From assembly GCA_947629375.1 (NCBI GenBank), contig CANRDN010000004.1:8168-72167 (forward strand): a stretch of 64,000 nt of DNA, read 5' to 3'. A program made the position numbers and the translations under genes. This document shows positions 47,942 through 57,269 of this stretch, piece by piece (within the stretch, counting starts at the first letter, position 1; each line of letters begins with the position of its first letter). This DNA comes from an uncultured Bacilli bacterium (GTDB lineage Bacteria > Bacillota_I > Bacilli_A > RF39 > UBA660). The notes beneath the pieces were generated by a model. The model saw only the letters and a list, made by a program, of their open reading frames with translations. It was not told the origin of the DNA and did no database searches.

Positions 47942-48805
47942 ATGAAAAAGATATATCTTTTGTTATTAAGTTTTTTACTTTTAATCCCATTAACTGTATA
48001 TGCTAAAAGTTATGAAATTAAAGAATGTAACCTTTCCTTAGAATTTGATAGTTCTTGGGATGTCTTTACAAGAGATAATTTAAAAGGAAATAAAAAATTA
48101 AGTGATTATAATGTAACTGAACAACAAATGAAAGAGATGCTCGAAGAAAATAATAAATATGTAGATGCAATAAAAAATCTAAGTAAAGAATATTATCTTG
48201 AACTTTTACTTTCTAAAAGTAAAAATGAAGAAGTTGAAAATTTTTCTGATTTGAGTGATAAAGAAATTCAGGATGAGATTGAACAAAATGTAAAAGATGT
48301 TCCTTCTATAACTGATTCTGGATTATTTAAAGTTGGAGAGTATAAGTTTATAATGCTTGAAAGTTATGATTCAACAAATCAAATTAACATAAGACAATAT
48401 TTAACTACAGTAGATAGTACTTCATATGTATTTATGTTTCAAACAAATGCTGAACTAACTTCTTCTCAAGTAAACGATATAGAAGAAGTAATGAATAGTG
48501 TTAAGTTTAACAACTCTTCAAGTAATTTGTTCTTAATAATAGGAATAGTCGTTCTCGTGGTAGCAGTTATAGGAGTAGGAGTTTACTTCTTCTTAAAAAA
48601 GAGTAAAGATAAGAAAAACAAACAAAACAATAATGTAAATAATGGTTATTACAATCAATATGGCAATTACAACAATTATAATGGTTACTATAATTCTAAT
48701 AACGGATATAACAATAACTATAATGGTTACAACAATAATTACAACGGATATAATAATCAAAATAGTAATGGATATGGTAATAATGGAAATAATAACTATA
48801 GGTAA
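47942..48805 (+). CDS. Single-pass membrane protein with extracellular domain and cytoplasmic Asn/Tyr/Gly repeat tail
   Basis: Signal peptide (LTVYA/KS), TM LFLIIGIVVLVVAVIGVGVYFFL, then KKSKDKKNKQNNNVNNGYYNQYGNYNNYNGYYNSNNGYNNNYNGYNNNYNGYNNQNSNGYGNNGNNNYR. Confidence 0.6.
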   Translation: MKKIYLLLLSFLLLIPLTVYAKSYEIKECNLSLEFDSSWDVFTRDNLKGNKKLSDYNVTEQQMKEMLEENNKYVDAIKNLSKEYYLELLLSKSKNEEVENFSDLSDKEIQDEIEQNVKDVPSITDSGLFKVGEYKFIMLESYDSTNQINIRQYLTTVDSTSYVFMFQTNAELTSSQVNDIEEVMNSVKFNNSSSNLFLIIGIVVLVVAVIGVGVYFFLKKSKDKKNKQNNNVNNGYYNQYGNYNNYNGYYNSNNGYNNNYNGYNNNYNGYNNQNSNGYGNNGNNNYR

Positions 48806-48877
48806 AATAGCTAGAAATAGCTATTTTATTTTGAGTTTGTTTGTGCTATTATAAAGTGGCAAATTGAGGTGGATATT

Positions 48878-51685
48878 ATGGATGAAATTATAATTAAAGG
48901 AGCAAGAGAAAATAATTTAAAGAATATAGATTTAACACTACCTAAAAATAAGTTAATTGTTATGACTGGTGTTTCAGGAAGTGGAAAAAGTAGTTTAGCA
49001 TTCGATACTATTTATGCTGAAGGACAAAGAAGATATGTTGAAAGTCTTTCGGCTTATGCTAGACAATTTTTAGGTGGAACAGAAAAACCTGATGTTGATT
49101 CTATCGAAGGATTATCTCCATCTATAAGTATTGACCAAAAAACAACTAGTAATAATCCAAGAAGTACTGTTGGAACAGTAACAGAAATCTATGACTACTT
49201 CCGTCTTTTATATGCAAGAATCGGTACTCCAATGTGTCCTAACCACCATATACCTATTAAAGGTCAAAGTGTCGAAGAAATGGCCAATAAACTTCTAGAG
49301 TATCCAGAAGGAACAAAAATGATAATAATGTCTCCGGTAGTTCACGGTGAAAAAGGAACACATAAAGAACTTCTAGATAAACTTAGAGCAGATGGTTACG
49401 CAAGAATAAGAGTTAATGGAGAAACTCACGAACTAACTGAAGAATTTAATTTTGATAAAAACATTAAAGACTATATTGATGTTGTAATAGATAGATTGAT
49501 TCTAAAAGATGGTATAAGAGGACGATTATTCGAATCTTTAGAAGCAGCTTGTAAATTATCAAATGGCAAAGTAGTAATTGAAATAGTAGGGGACAAAGAG
49601 CTTGTATTCTCAGAGTTATATGCTTGCCCTTACTGTGAATTTTCTCTTCCTGAATTAGAACCTCGCATGTTTAGCTTTAACGCACCATACTGTGCTTGTC
49701 CTGACTGTAAAGGTCTTGGAATTAAACTTTCAATAGACCCTGAACTTGTCGTACCAGACAAAGATAAATCTTTAGAGGAAGGTGCCATAGTAACTTTAGG
49801 TGATGACACAGATAATATCTATTACAAAAGACTAGAATGTATGTGTAAACACTATAAGATAAGCACTACTAAACCGTTTAAAAAGCTTACAGAAAAAGAA
49901 AAGAATCTAATCTTTTATGGAAGCGACGAAAAAATAAAATTCAATTATGCTTCTCGTAGTGGCAATGTCACAAATCAGTTGGACTACTATGAAGGAGTAG
50001 TAAATAATCTTCAAAGAAGATATATGGAAACATCTAGTGAATGGATAAGAGAATGGCTAGAAAATTATATGGTCGAAAACGAATGTGAAACTTGTCACGG
50101 AGCAAGACTTAATAATGATGCCTTATCTGTCTATGTAGGTGGTAAAAATATCTATGAACTTACTTGTTTAAGTATCAATAAGACAATCGAATTCTTCGAT
50201 AAATTAAAACTTACAAAAGAGCAAGCATCTATTGCAGACCTTCTTATAAAAGAAATAAAAAGTAGACTTAACTTCTTATCTAATGTTGGACTTGAATATC
50301 TAACTCTTAGTAGAATGGCTGGAACTTTATCAGGTGGTGAACTTCAAAGAATAAGATTGGCAACCCAAATTGGATCTCGCTTAACTGGTGTTTTATATGT
50401 ACTTGATGAACCAAGTATCGGACTACATCAAAGAGATAATGAAAGACTTATTAATTCTTTAAAAGAGATGAGAGATTTAGGAAATACGCTTATTGTCGTA
50501 GAACACGATACTGATACGATGCTTGCAGCAGATTACCTTGTCGATATTGGACCGAAAGCAGGAGAAGAAGGTGGTTATGTCGTTGCAAGTGGAACACCAG
50601 AAGAAGTTATGAAAGTTGATGAAAGTATCACTGGTCGTTATTTAAGCGGTAAAGAAAAGATAGAAATACCTTCTAAAAGAAGAAAAGGTACAGGTAAATT
50701 TATCGAAGTTTTAGGCGCTAAAGAGAATAACCTAAAAAATATTGATGTTAAATTCCCACTTGGTACATATACTTGTGTTACAGGAGTATCAGGAAGTGGA
50801 AAAAGTAGTCTTGTAATGAGGATCCTTTCAGCAGCGTGTATGAAACATATTTATAAATCGAAAGTAACACCAGGTAAACACGATAAAATAAAAGGACTAG
50901 ACAACATCGATAAGATTGTTGAAATAACCCAAAACCCAATTGGAAGAACACCAAGAAGTAACCCTGCTACATATACAGGAGTCTTCGATGACATAAGAGA
51001 CTTGTTTACTAACACTAAAGAAGCTAAGATGTATGGCTTTGAAAAGAATAGATTTTCCTTTAATGTAAAAGGTGGAAGATGTGAAGCTTGTAGAGGAGAC
51101 GGTGTTAAAAAAATAGAGATGCATTTTCTTCCAGATGTTTATGTTCCTTGTGAAGTTTGTAAGGGAACTCGTTACAATAGTGAAACCCTAAATATAAAAT
51201 ATAAAGGAAAGAATATTGCTGAAGTACTCGAAATGAGAGTAAGCGAAGCAATTAAATTCTTTGAAAATGTACCTAAAATAAAAGCTAAACTTCAAGTTTT
51301 GGAAGATGTAGGTATTGGATATTTAAAACTTGGACAAAGTGCTCCAACTCTTTCTGGTGGTGAAGCAGGTCGTGTAAAACTTGCTAAAGAATTACAGAAA
51401 AAAGCAACTGGAAAAACTTTATTTATAATGGATGAACCAACTACTGGTCTTCACTCTGCAGATATTAAGAGACTACTTGCAATTATTCAAAAAATAGTAG
51501 ATAATAATGATACAGTAATAGTTATCGAACACAATCTTGATATGATAAAATGTGCCGACTATATTATTGATATAGGGCCTCTTGGTGGAGAAAATGGTGG
51601 TGAAATTATTGCCACTGGTACTCCAGAAGAAGTTTCTAAAAATAAAAATTCTTATACAGGTGAATTCTTGAAACGAATTCTATAA
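48878..51685 (+). CDS. uvrA: Excinuclease ABC subunit A
   Basis: IIIKGARENNLKNI, two GVSGSGKSS P-loops and zinc-finger Cys pairs. ATG 48878 is preferred over the track GTG 48869. Confidence 0.95.
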   Translation: MDEIIIKGARENNLKNIDLTLPKNKLIVMTGVSGSGKSSLAFDTIYAEGQRRYVESLSAYARQFLGGTEKPDVDSIEGLSPSISIDQKTTSNNPRSTVGTVTEIYDYFRLLYARIGTPMCPNHHIPIKGQSVEEMANKLLEYPEGTKMIIMSPVVHGEKGTHKELLDKLRADGYARIRVNGETHELTEEFNFDKNIKDYIDVVIDRLILKDGIRGRLFESLEAACKLSNGKVVIEIVGDKELVFSELYACPYCEFSLPELEPRMFSFNAPYCACPDCKGLGIKLSIDPELVVPDKDKSLEEGAIVTLGDDTDNIYYKRLECMCKHYKISTTKPFKKLTEKEKNLIFYGSDEKIKFNYASRSGNVTNQLDYYEGVVNNLQRRYMETSSEWIREWLENYMVENECETCHGARLNNDALSVYVGGKNIYELTCLSINKTIEFFDKLKLTKEQASIADLLIKEIKSRLNFLSNVGLEYLTLSRMAGTLSGGELQRIRLATQIGSRLTGVLYVLDEPSIGLHQRDNERLINSLKEMRDLGNTLIVVEHDTDTMLAADYLVDIGPKAGEEGGYVVASGTPEEVMKVDESITGRYLSGKEKIEIPSKRRKGTGKFIEVLGAKENNLKNIDVKFPLGTYTCVTGVSGSGKSSLVMRILSAACMKHIYKSKVTPGKHDKIKGLDNIDKIVEITQNPIGRTPRSNPATYTGVFDDIRDLFTNTKEAKMYGFEKNRFSFNVKGGRCEACRGDGVKKIEMHFLPDVYVPCEVCKGTRYNSETLNIKYKGKNIAEVLEMRVSEAIKFFENVPKIKAKLQVLEDVGIGYLKLGQSAPTLSGGEAGRVKLAKELQKKATGKTLFIMDEPTTGLHSADIKRLLAIIQKIVDNNDTVIVIEHNLDMIKCADYIIDIGPLGGENGGEIIATGTPEEVSKNKNSYTGEFLKRIL

Positions 51686-51696
51686 TGGAGGACTCA

Positions 51697-52107
51697 ATGA
51701 AAATAGTTAATAAAGGTAAATTTAATATAATTTTAGAAATAATACTTTATTCAGTTTTATATACTGCTGCCTTTTTAGCTGTGGATGGAATGTTTGATAG
51801 CTTTGAAATAAATAGTAGATATCCAATTTTGGTGGCATTTCTAGCAATAATTGTCATTTATGTTTTAGAAAAAGTTATTAAACCGATTCTTGTAACTATT
51901 ACAACACCACTTATGGGAATTACTTTTGGACTTTTCTATTTTGTTATTAATTCATTTATCTTAAAACTAACAGATTGGATATTGGGTCCAAAGTTAGAGT
52001 TTACTGATATTTGGGTATTATTCTTTATATCGATAGTATTGGCTGTTCTAAATTTATTGATTGAAAAATTAATAATTGAACCAATAATTAGGAGGTCAAA
52101 TAAGTAA
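51697..52107 (+). CDS. YvlD-like membrane protein (phage holin family 4 / PF04020-like)
   Basis: IKPILVTITTPLMGITFGLFYFVINSFILKLTDWIL matches the family core as I remember it. Start at ATG 51697 behind GGAGGA. Confidence 0.55.
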   Translation: MKIVNKGKFNIILEIILYSVLYTAAFLAVDGMFDSFEINSRYPILVAFLAIIVIYVLEKVIKPILVTITTPLMGITFGLFYFVINSFILKLTDWILGPKLEFTDIWVLFFISIVLAVLNLLIEKLIIEPIIRRSNK

Positions 52108-53621
52108 TGGATAGGGTTGCGTTAGATTTAGGATTCGTTCAAATATACTGGTATTCAATTTGTATTTTAATTGGACTTTTAGTAGGAATGTACTTAGTAT
52201 ATCGTGAAGCTAGTAAAAAAGGAATTAATGATAGTTTTGTAACAAACTTAATATTTGATACTGTAATTATCTCAATTATTGGAGCAAGACTTTATTATGT
52301 AATATTTAATTGGGGTTATTATTCTAAACATACTTTGGAAATATTTGAAATATGGGGTGGAGGATTAGCAATTCACGGAGCAATAATTCTAGGTGGATTG
52401 TTTCTAATTTGTTACTCTAGGAAGCATAAGGTCGATACTTTAAGACTTTTGGATATCTGTTCAGTTGGATTAATAATTGGTCAAGCTATTGGAAGATGGG
52501 GAAACTTCTTTAATCAAGAAGCTCACGGAGGTGTTGTGTCTCTTGAGTTTTTAAAGAGTCTTCACCTACCACAATTTATAATAGATAATATGTATATCTT
52601 TGATAGTGCTGATGGAATATTTGCTTATCGTCATCCGACATTTTTGTATGAATCTTTATGGTGTCTTTTAGGATTTATAATCCTTTTAATAATAAGAAGA
52701 AGAAAATATGTTAAAACAGGTCAAATATTTGGTACTTATTGTATTTGGTATTCAATTGGAAGATTCTTCATTGAAGGACTAAGAACAGATAGTTTGATGT
52801 TATCTTCACTTAGAATGGCTCAAATCGTATCTATCGGAATGTTTTTAGTAGGTGTCTTCTTTGTTGTAAGAAGATTTAGATGTGGAAAGTTTGATTTTCT
52901 ATATAATGATGTATCCTATATAAAGAAAAGCAAGAATTATTTTGGAAAAGTATCACATCCTGCCGATTCAGCATCACAACCCAAAAGTGAACCTCCAAAA
53001 GAAACAAAAACAACATTTATGCCTCCTGGTGAACCTGTTGTACAAGAAAGCGTTATGCCAGAGACTAGTATGCCACTACAAAGTGAAATAAATCAGTTTA
53101 ATAATATTGGTATTCCTCAGGCTCCAGTTGAAAATGTTGCAATGCCACAAAATAATATGATGACAAACGAGCAAATCTCAAATGAAATGTCAATGCCTCA
53201 AAATAATGTAGACATAAATTCAGTTTCAACACCAACAGAACAAACTGTTAATAATGGTTTCAATGTTAGTTTAGAACAAGCAGAACAGCAAATAAGAGCC
53301 CAAGTTGAAAATCCAGAACAATATGGAATGTCAGTTGATATAAATCAGGTTCAAAATGGTAATATAGAAAATACTGGTGAACCTCAATTTGAAGATGTAT
53401 TAAATCACTTCAAAGCACCTGTAACTAATAACTTGATGGAAAATCAGCAAATAAATCAACCTGTTAATAATATAGAACCACAACAAGTAGATATACCAAG
53501 ACCGGTAGCTGATCCATCAATACCTAACCAACTTGGAGAAATGATCCACAAACAGCAAGAAAACCAACCAGTAGGAATGGATATAAACAATCAAAATAAT
53601 TCAAATGGCAATTTCGTATAA
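52107..53621 (+). CDS. lgt: Prolipoprotein diacylglyceryl transferase with a C-terminal low-complexity extension of about 230 aa
   Basis: The Lgt core (IYWYSICILIGLL, GARLYYV, GGLAIHGA, GRWGNFFNQEAHG, HPTFLYESLW) ends near residue 270. It is followed by a Gln/Asn/Pro/Met-rich tail with repeated MPQNN. Confidence 0.85.
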   Translation: MDRVALDLGFVQIYWYSICILIGLLVGMYLVYREASKKGINDSFVTNLIFDTVIISIIGARLYYVIFNWGYYSKHTLEIFEIWGGGLAIHGAIILGGLFLICYSRKHKVDTLRLLDICSVGLIIGQAIGRWGNFFNQEAHGGVVSLEFLKSLHLPQFIIDNMYIFDSADGIFAYRHPTFLYESLWCLLGFIILLIIRRRKYVKTGQIFGTYCIWYSIGRFFIEGLRTDSLMLSSLRMAQIVSIGMFLVGVFFVVRRFRCGKFDFLYNDVSYIKKSKNYFGKVSHPADSASQPKSEPPKETKTTFMPPGEPVVQESVMPETSMPLQSEINQFNNIGIPQAPVENVAMPQNNMMTNEQISNEMSMPQNNVDINSVSTPTEQTVNNGFNVSLEQAEQQIRAQVENPEQYGMSVDINQVQNGNIENTGEPQFEDVLNHFKAPVTNNLMENQQINQPVNNIEPQQVDIPRPVADPSIPNQLGEMIHKQQENQPVGMDINNQNNSNGNFV

Positions 53622-53632
53622 TTAAAATAATT

Positions 53633-53668
53633 AAGCAATAGACTATGATTTATAGATTATTGCTTTTT
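53633..53668 (+). terminator. Rho-independent terminator after lgt
   Basis: AAGCAATA / TATTGCTT stem followed by TTT. Confidence 0.6.
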
Positions 53669-53787
53669 AATTTAACCTTTAATTAAATATTTTCGAAATA
53701 TTGTTTGACTTACACCTTGAATTGTGTTATTTTAATGGTGACACGTAAAAGGTGTTTTTATTTTGGTAAAATAAAGGTGGGGAAAGA

Positions 53788-54138
53788 ATGGCTTTAAAAG
53801 AAAAAAAGAAAGTTGACAAAAAAAGTGAAGAACTTCAAAAAGAAATGGACAAAGTATTAGAAGAAGAAAAGAAAACTTCTAATAAAAAAGAAATAACAAA
53901 AAAAGATAAAAAGGAAGACAAGAAATCTTCTAAAGACAAAAAAGAAAAAAAGAATAACGCACCTGTTGTTAAAAAAGAATCTTGGTGGCACGGAGTTAAA
54001 TCAGAATTTAAGAAAGTTAGATGGCCTAATAGAAAAGAAATGGTTAAGTACTCTGTTGCAACAATAACATTTATTATATTTTTTGCATTATTCTTCTATT
54101 TAATTGAAGTTGCAATCTTTTATATAAGACAGTTATAG
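53788..54138 (+). CDS. secE: Preprotein translocase subunit SecE with a Lys-rich N-terminal extension
   Basis: The C-terminal 55 aa (WWHGVKSEFKKVRWPNRKEMVKYSVATITFIIFFALFFYLIE) form the SecE core. Directly upstream of nusG. Confidence 0.85.
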   Translation: MALKEKKKVDKKSEELQKEMDKVLEEEKKTSNKKEITKKDKKEDKKSSKDKKEKKNNAPVVKKESWWHGVKSEFKKVRWPNRKEMVKYSVATITFIIFFALFFYLIEVAIFYIRQL

Positions 54139-54148
54139 AGGTGAAAGT

Positions 54149-54688
54149 ATGGATAAACAATGGTATGTAGTTAATACTTATTCTGGACACGAGAATAAAG
54201 TAAAAGAAAAATTAGAAATGCGTGCTCAATCTATGGATATGAAAGATTACATCTTTAGAGTAGTTGTTCCTGAACAAAAAGTAGTAGAAGAAAAAGATGG
54301 TGTATCTAAAGAAAAAGTTAAGAAGATGTTTCCTGGATACGTTTTAATAGAAATGGTAATGAGTGATGAAGCTTGGTTCGTTGTTCGTAACACTCCTGGT
54401 GTAACAGGGTTTATCGGATCAAGTGGAAAAGGTGCAAAGCCAACACCACTTCAACCATATGAAGTTGATAATATCTTAAAGAATATGGGTATTAGTAGAC
54501 TTGAAGTTGATAAAGAACTTGAAATTGGTGCTAAAGTTAAGATAATATCTGGTGCATTTTCTGGAATGTATGGTGTAATTGAATCTATCGATTTACCAAA
54601 TCAAAAATTAGAATTAAATGTCGATTTGTTTGGTCAAGAAACTACTGTTGAGGCTGAATTATCACAAATTGAACTAGCAAATAACTAA
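54149..54688 (+). CDS. nusG: Transcription termination/antitermination factor NusG
   Basis: WYVVNTYSGHENKV, FPGYVLIEM and a KOW motif. Confidence 0.95.
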   Translation: MDKQWYVVNTYSGHENKVKEKLEMRAQSMDMKDYIFRVVVPEQKVVEEKDGVSKEKVKKMFPGYVLIEMVMSDEAWFVVRNTPGVTGFIGSSGKGAKPTPLQPYEVDNILKNMGISRLEVDKELEIGAKVKIISGAFSGMYGVIESIDLPNQKLELNVDLFGQETTVEAELSQIELANN

Positions 54689-54843
54689 AAATACTTGCAA
54701 AATAAAGAAAAAAGTGATAATATCAAATCGCTATATTTAATTATATAGATTAATTAGTGGGAAGCGAAAGAGCGCAACAATGCGTAAAAAAGAGTGCTAT
54801 TTGGACCACTCGCGAAAACTAAAAAATATAGGAGGTGTTTTTC

Positions 54844-55269
54844 GTGGCAAAAGAAGTTGTAAAAAAAGTTAAGTTGCAAATTCAAGCAGGAAAAGCTACA
54901 CCAGCTCCACCAGTTGGAACTGTTTTAGGACCTGCCGGAATTAATCTACAAGAATTTTGTACAAAGTATAATGATGCAACTAAAGATAAAATGGGAGATG
55001 TATTACCAGTTGAAATTTCAATCTATGATGATAGAAGTTTTGATTTCGTAGTTAAAACTCCACCAACAGCATTTTTAGTTAAGAAATATGCTAAAATTGC
55101 AAAAGGTTCTACAAAAGGATCAAGCGAAACAGTAGCTAGCCTTACAAAGGACCAATTAAAAGAAATTGCTGAAATAAAATTACCTGACTTAAACTGTTAT
55201 TCAGTTGAAGAAGCTATGAAAATAGTTGAAGGTACTGCCCGTAATATGGGTGTAACTGTTAAAGAATAG
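54844..55269 (+). CDS. rplK: 50S ribosomal protein L11
   Basis: GTG 54844 lies 8 nt after GGAGG and gives (M)[24 protein letters not shown]. The track start at 54835 overlaps the RBS. Confidence 0.9.
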   Translation: MAKEVVKKVKLQIQAGKATPAPPVGTVLGPAGINLQEFCTKYNDATKDKMGDVLPVEISIYDDRSFDFVVKTPPTAFLVKKYAKIAKGSTKGSSETVASLTKDQLKEIAEIKLPDLNCYSVEEAMKIVEGTARNMGVTVKE

Positions 55270-55299
55270 TTAAATTATTATACATATAGGTTTATACCT

Positions 55300-55357
55300 A
55301 TGTGGGAGGAATATGCTGACGAATTATCGTCACTCGCTCCAATCCGCTAGACCACAT
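55300..55357 (+). ncRNA. Candidate L1 autoregulatory leader structure upstream of rplA
   Basis: Nested helices: ATGTGG/CCACAT, GGAG/CTCC and TGACGA-ATTA-TCGTCA, ending immediately before the rplA RBS. The assignment is by position and fold only. Confidence 0.35.
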
Positions 55358-55373
55358 AAGGAGGAAAAAAATA

Positions 55374-56072
55374 ATGAGAAAAAGAGGTAAAAAGTACGTT
55401 GAAGCCTTAAATAAGCTTGAAAAAGGAAAAACTTATACAAAAGAAGAAGCTGTTAAACTTGCAAAAGAAACATCAACAAGTAAATTTGTTGCTTCTGTTG
55501 AATTAGCTGTAAGATTAAATCTTGATACTAAAAAAGCAGATCAACAATTAAGAGGAGCTATTGTATTACCACACGGAACTGGTAAATCTAAAAAAGTCTT
55601 AGTTATTGCTAGAGGAGAAAACGCTACAAAAGCTAAAGAAGCTGGAGCTGATTTCGTTGGAGATACAGATATGCTTGAAAAAATCGAAAAAGAAAATTGG
55701 TTCGGTTTTGATGTTATGATTGCAACTCCTGATATGATGCCATTACTTGGTAAATTAGGAAGAGTTTTAGGACCTAAAGGATTAATGCCAAACCCTAAAA
55801 CTGGAACAGTTACTACTGATGTAGAAAAGGCTGTTAATGATGTAAAAGCTGGACGTGTTGAATATAGAACAGACACATTCGGAAACATCCATGGAATTAT
55901 TGGAAACACATCATTTACTGAAGAACAATTGGTTGAAAATCTTGATGCATTTATGAATGTATTAATGAAAGCTAAACCATCTACAGTAAAGGGTGACTAT
56001 GTAAAAAATATTTCAATAGCAACTACTATGGGTCCTGGAATTAAAATTATTACAAATTCTTTTGACAATTAG
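55374..56072 (+). CDS. rplA: 50S ribosomal protein L1
   Basis: KRGKKY...LPHGTGK...[26 protein letters not shown]. Confidence 0.95.
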   Translation: MRKRGKKYVEALNKLEKGKTYTKEEAVKLAKETSTSKFVASVELAVRLNLDTKKADQQLRGAIVLPHGTGKSKKVLVIARGENATKAKEAGADFVGDTDMLEKIEKENWFGFDVMIATPDMMPLLGKLGRVLGPKGLMPNPKTGTVTTDVEKAVNDVKAGRVEYRTDTFGNIHGIIGNTSFTEEQLVENLDAFMNVLMKAKPSTVKGDYVKNISIATTMGPGIKIITNSFDN

Positions 56073-56090
56073 TAGATGTTAGTATATAAT
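56062..56090 (+). promoter_or_regulatory. Sigma-A promoter for rplJL, inside the 3-prime end of rplA
   Basis: TTGACA, 17-nt spacer, TATAAT. Confidence 0.6.
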
Positions 56091-56096
56091 ACAATT

Positions 56097-56194
56097 AATT
56101 TGTTGGTGCCATAGACAGTAGGTCGTTTGTAAATCCTACCGAGGACTAAATTAAACTTTGTTTTTAGGTCTCTATGGGTACATAGGGACTTTTT
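56097..56194 (+). ncRNA. L10 (rplJ) leader with terminator/antiterminator attenuator
   Basis: Terminator GTCTCTATG-GGTA-CATAGGGAC plus TTTTT at 56168-56194. Upstream CCATAGAC (56109-56116) can pair with GTCT(C)TATGG as an alternative helix. Position matches the Firmicute L10 leader. Confidence 0.55.
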
Positions 56195-56231
56195 ATTGCT
56201 CCAATAAATTAAAAAAAGAAGGAGGATTCTT

Positions 56232-56726
56232 ATGGCAAGTGAGAAAATCTTAGCAAAGAAACAAGAAGTAATTGATGAAATTAAATCAAAGGTTCAAGAT
56301 TCTAATTCAGTTGTTATATTCACTTATACTGGATTAACAGATGAAGATACTAAGAAATTAAGAAGATCTTTAAGAGAATCTGGTTCTGACTACAAAGTAT
56401 ATAAAAATACTTTAATGGCAAGAGCATTCGATGATTTAAAGATTGACTTAAATGAACATTTAACTGGTTCTAGTGCTTTAGCATATGGAACTGATTCAAT
56501 CGCACCAATTAAAACTATCGCAGACTTTGCAAAGACACACGACGTTGTAACATTAAAAGTTGGAATCGTTGACGGAGAAGTTACTGATAAAGATAAGTTA
56601 GCAGAACTTGCAACTATTCCATCAAGAGAAGGACTACTTACTATGCTTGCAGCTGGTATGATGGGAATTCCAAAAGACTTATCAATCTGTTTAGATTTAT
56701 ATGCTAAACAAAAGGAAAATAATTAA
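56232..56726 (+). CDS. rplJ: 50S ribosomal protein L10
   Basis: 164 aa in the expected position, with a YKVYKNTL motif. Confidence 0.95.
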   Translation: MASEKILAKKQEVIDEIKSKVQDSNSVVIFTYTGLTDEDTKKLRRSLRESGSDYKVYKNTLMARAFDDLKIDLNEHLTGSSALAYGTDSIAPIKTIADFAKTHDVVTLKVGIVDGEVTDKDKLAELATIPSREGLLTMLAAGMMGIPKDLSICLDLYAKQKENN

Positions 56727-56746
56727 TTAAAGGGAGGAAATTTGAA

Positions 56747-57118
56747 ATGGCAAAATTAACAAAAGAAAGCTTTATCGAAAGTTTAAAAGAAATGAGTCTA
56801 TTAGAAATTAAAGAATTAGTAGACGCTATGAAAGAAGAATTCGGAGTAGATCCAAGTTCAGTAGCAGTTGCAGCACCAGTTGCAGGAGCTGCTGCAGTTG
56901 ATGAAGGACCAAGCCAAGTTACAGTTACACTTGTTAACGCTGGACCTGGTAAGATCAATGTAATCAAAGTAATTAAGGAAATTACTGGATTAGGACTTGC
57001 TGATTCTAAAGCTATCGCTGATAACGGTGGAGCTGTTAAAGAAAACATTCCAGTTGACGAAGCTAACGAAATCAAAGCTAAATTAGAAGAAGCTGGAGCA
57101 GAAGTAGAAGTTAAATAA
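56747..57118 (+). CDS. rplL: 50S ribosomal protein L7/L12
   Basis: Ala-rich hinge and GLGLADSKA...EEAGAEVEVK. Confidence 0.95.
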   Translation: MAKLTKESFIESLKEMSLLEIKELVDAMKEEFGVDPSSVAVAAPVAGAAAVDEGPSQVTVTLVNAGPGKINVIKVIKEITGLGLADSKAIADNGGAVKENIPVDEANEIKAKLEEAGAEVEVK

Positions 57119-57131
57119 TGAAGGCATACGA

Positions 57132-57155
57132 AAGTATGCTTTTTCTATGCACGAA
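57132..57155 (+). terminator. Rho-independent terminator after rplL
   Basis: GCATAC-GAAA-GTATGC followed by TTTTT. Confidence 0.65.
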
Positions 57156-57221
57156 TATATTTTAAAAATTAGTTAATAATATTAATTATGTCCTTAAAAT
57201 TAACAAAAATGTATAAAACAC

Positions 57222-57268
57222 TTGATTTTCACCTCAAATTATCATATAATGATAAAAAGAGGTGAAAA
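57222..57268 (+). promoter_or_regulatory. abiE promoter embedded in a 43-bp interrupted palindrome (candidate AbiEi operator)
   Basis: TTGATT, 17-nt spacer, TATAAT (57245-57250). Outer arms TTTTCACCTC / GAGGTGAAAA (57226-35 / 57259-68) and inner arms TTATCAT / ATGATAA (57239-45 / 57249-55). The right outer arm contains the RBS. Confidence 0.5.
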
Positions 57269-57269
57269 T

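Noticed and set aside
48642-48854. 70-aa + strand ORF (MVITINMAITTIIMV...) overlapping the Asn/Tyr tail
   Set aside because: It is an alternative frame of the AAT/TAT/GGT repeat. It has no RBS and is entirely explained by the repeat.
53622-53787. Expected rpmG (L33) gene or tRNA upstream of secE
   Set aside because: No ORF of suitable size or Cys-x-x-Cys content exists in any frame. The region holds the lgt terminator, a promoter-like TTGACT and a weak leader helix only.
55541-57075. 122-aa and 123-aa minus-strand ORFs antisense to rplA and rplL
   Set aside because: Both are fully contained in ribosomal protein genes. The rplL one arises from the Ala-rich GCN codon run read in reverse.
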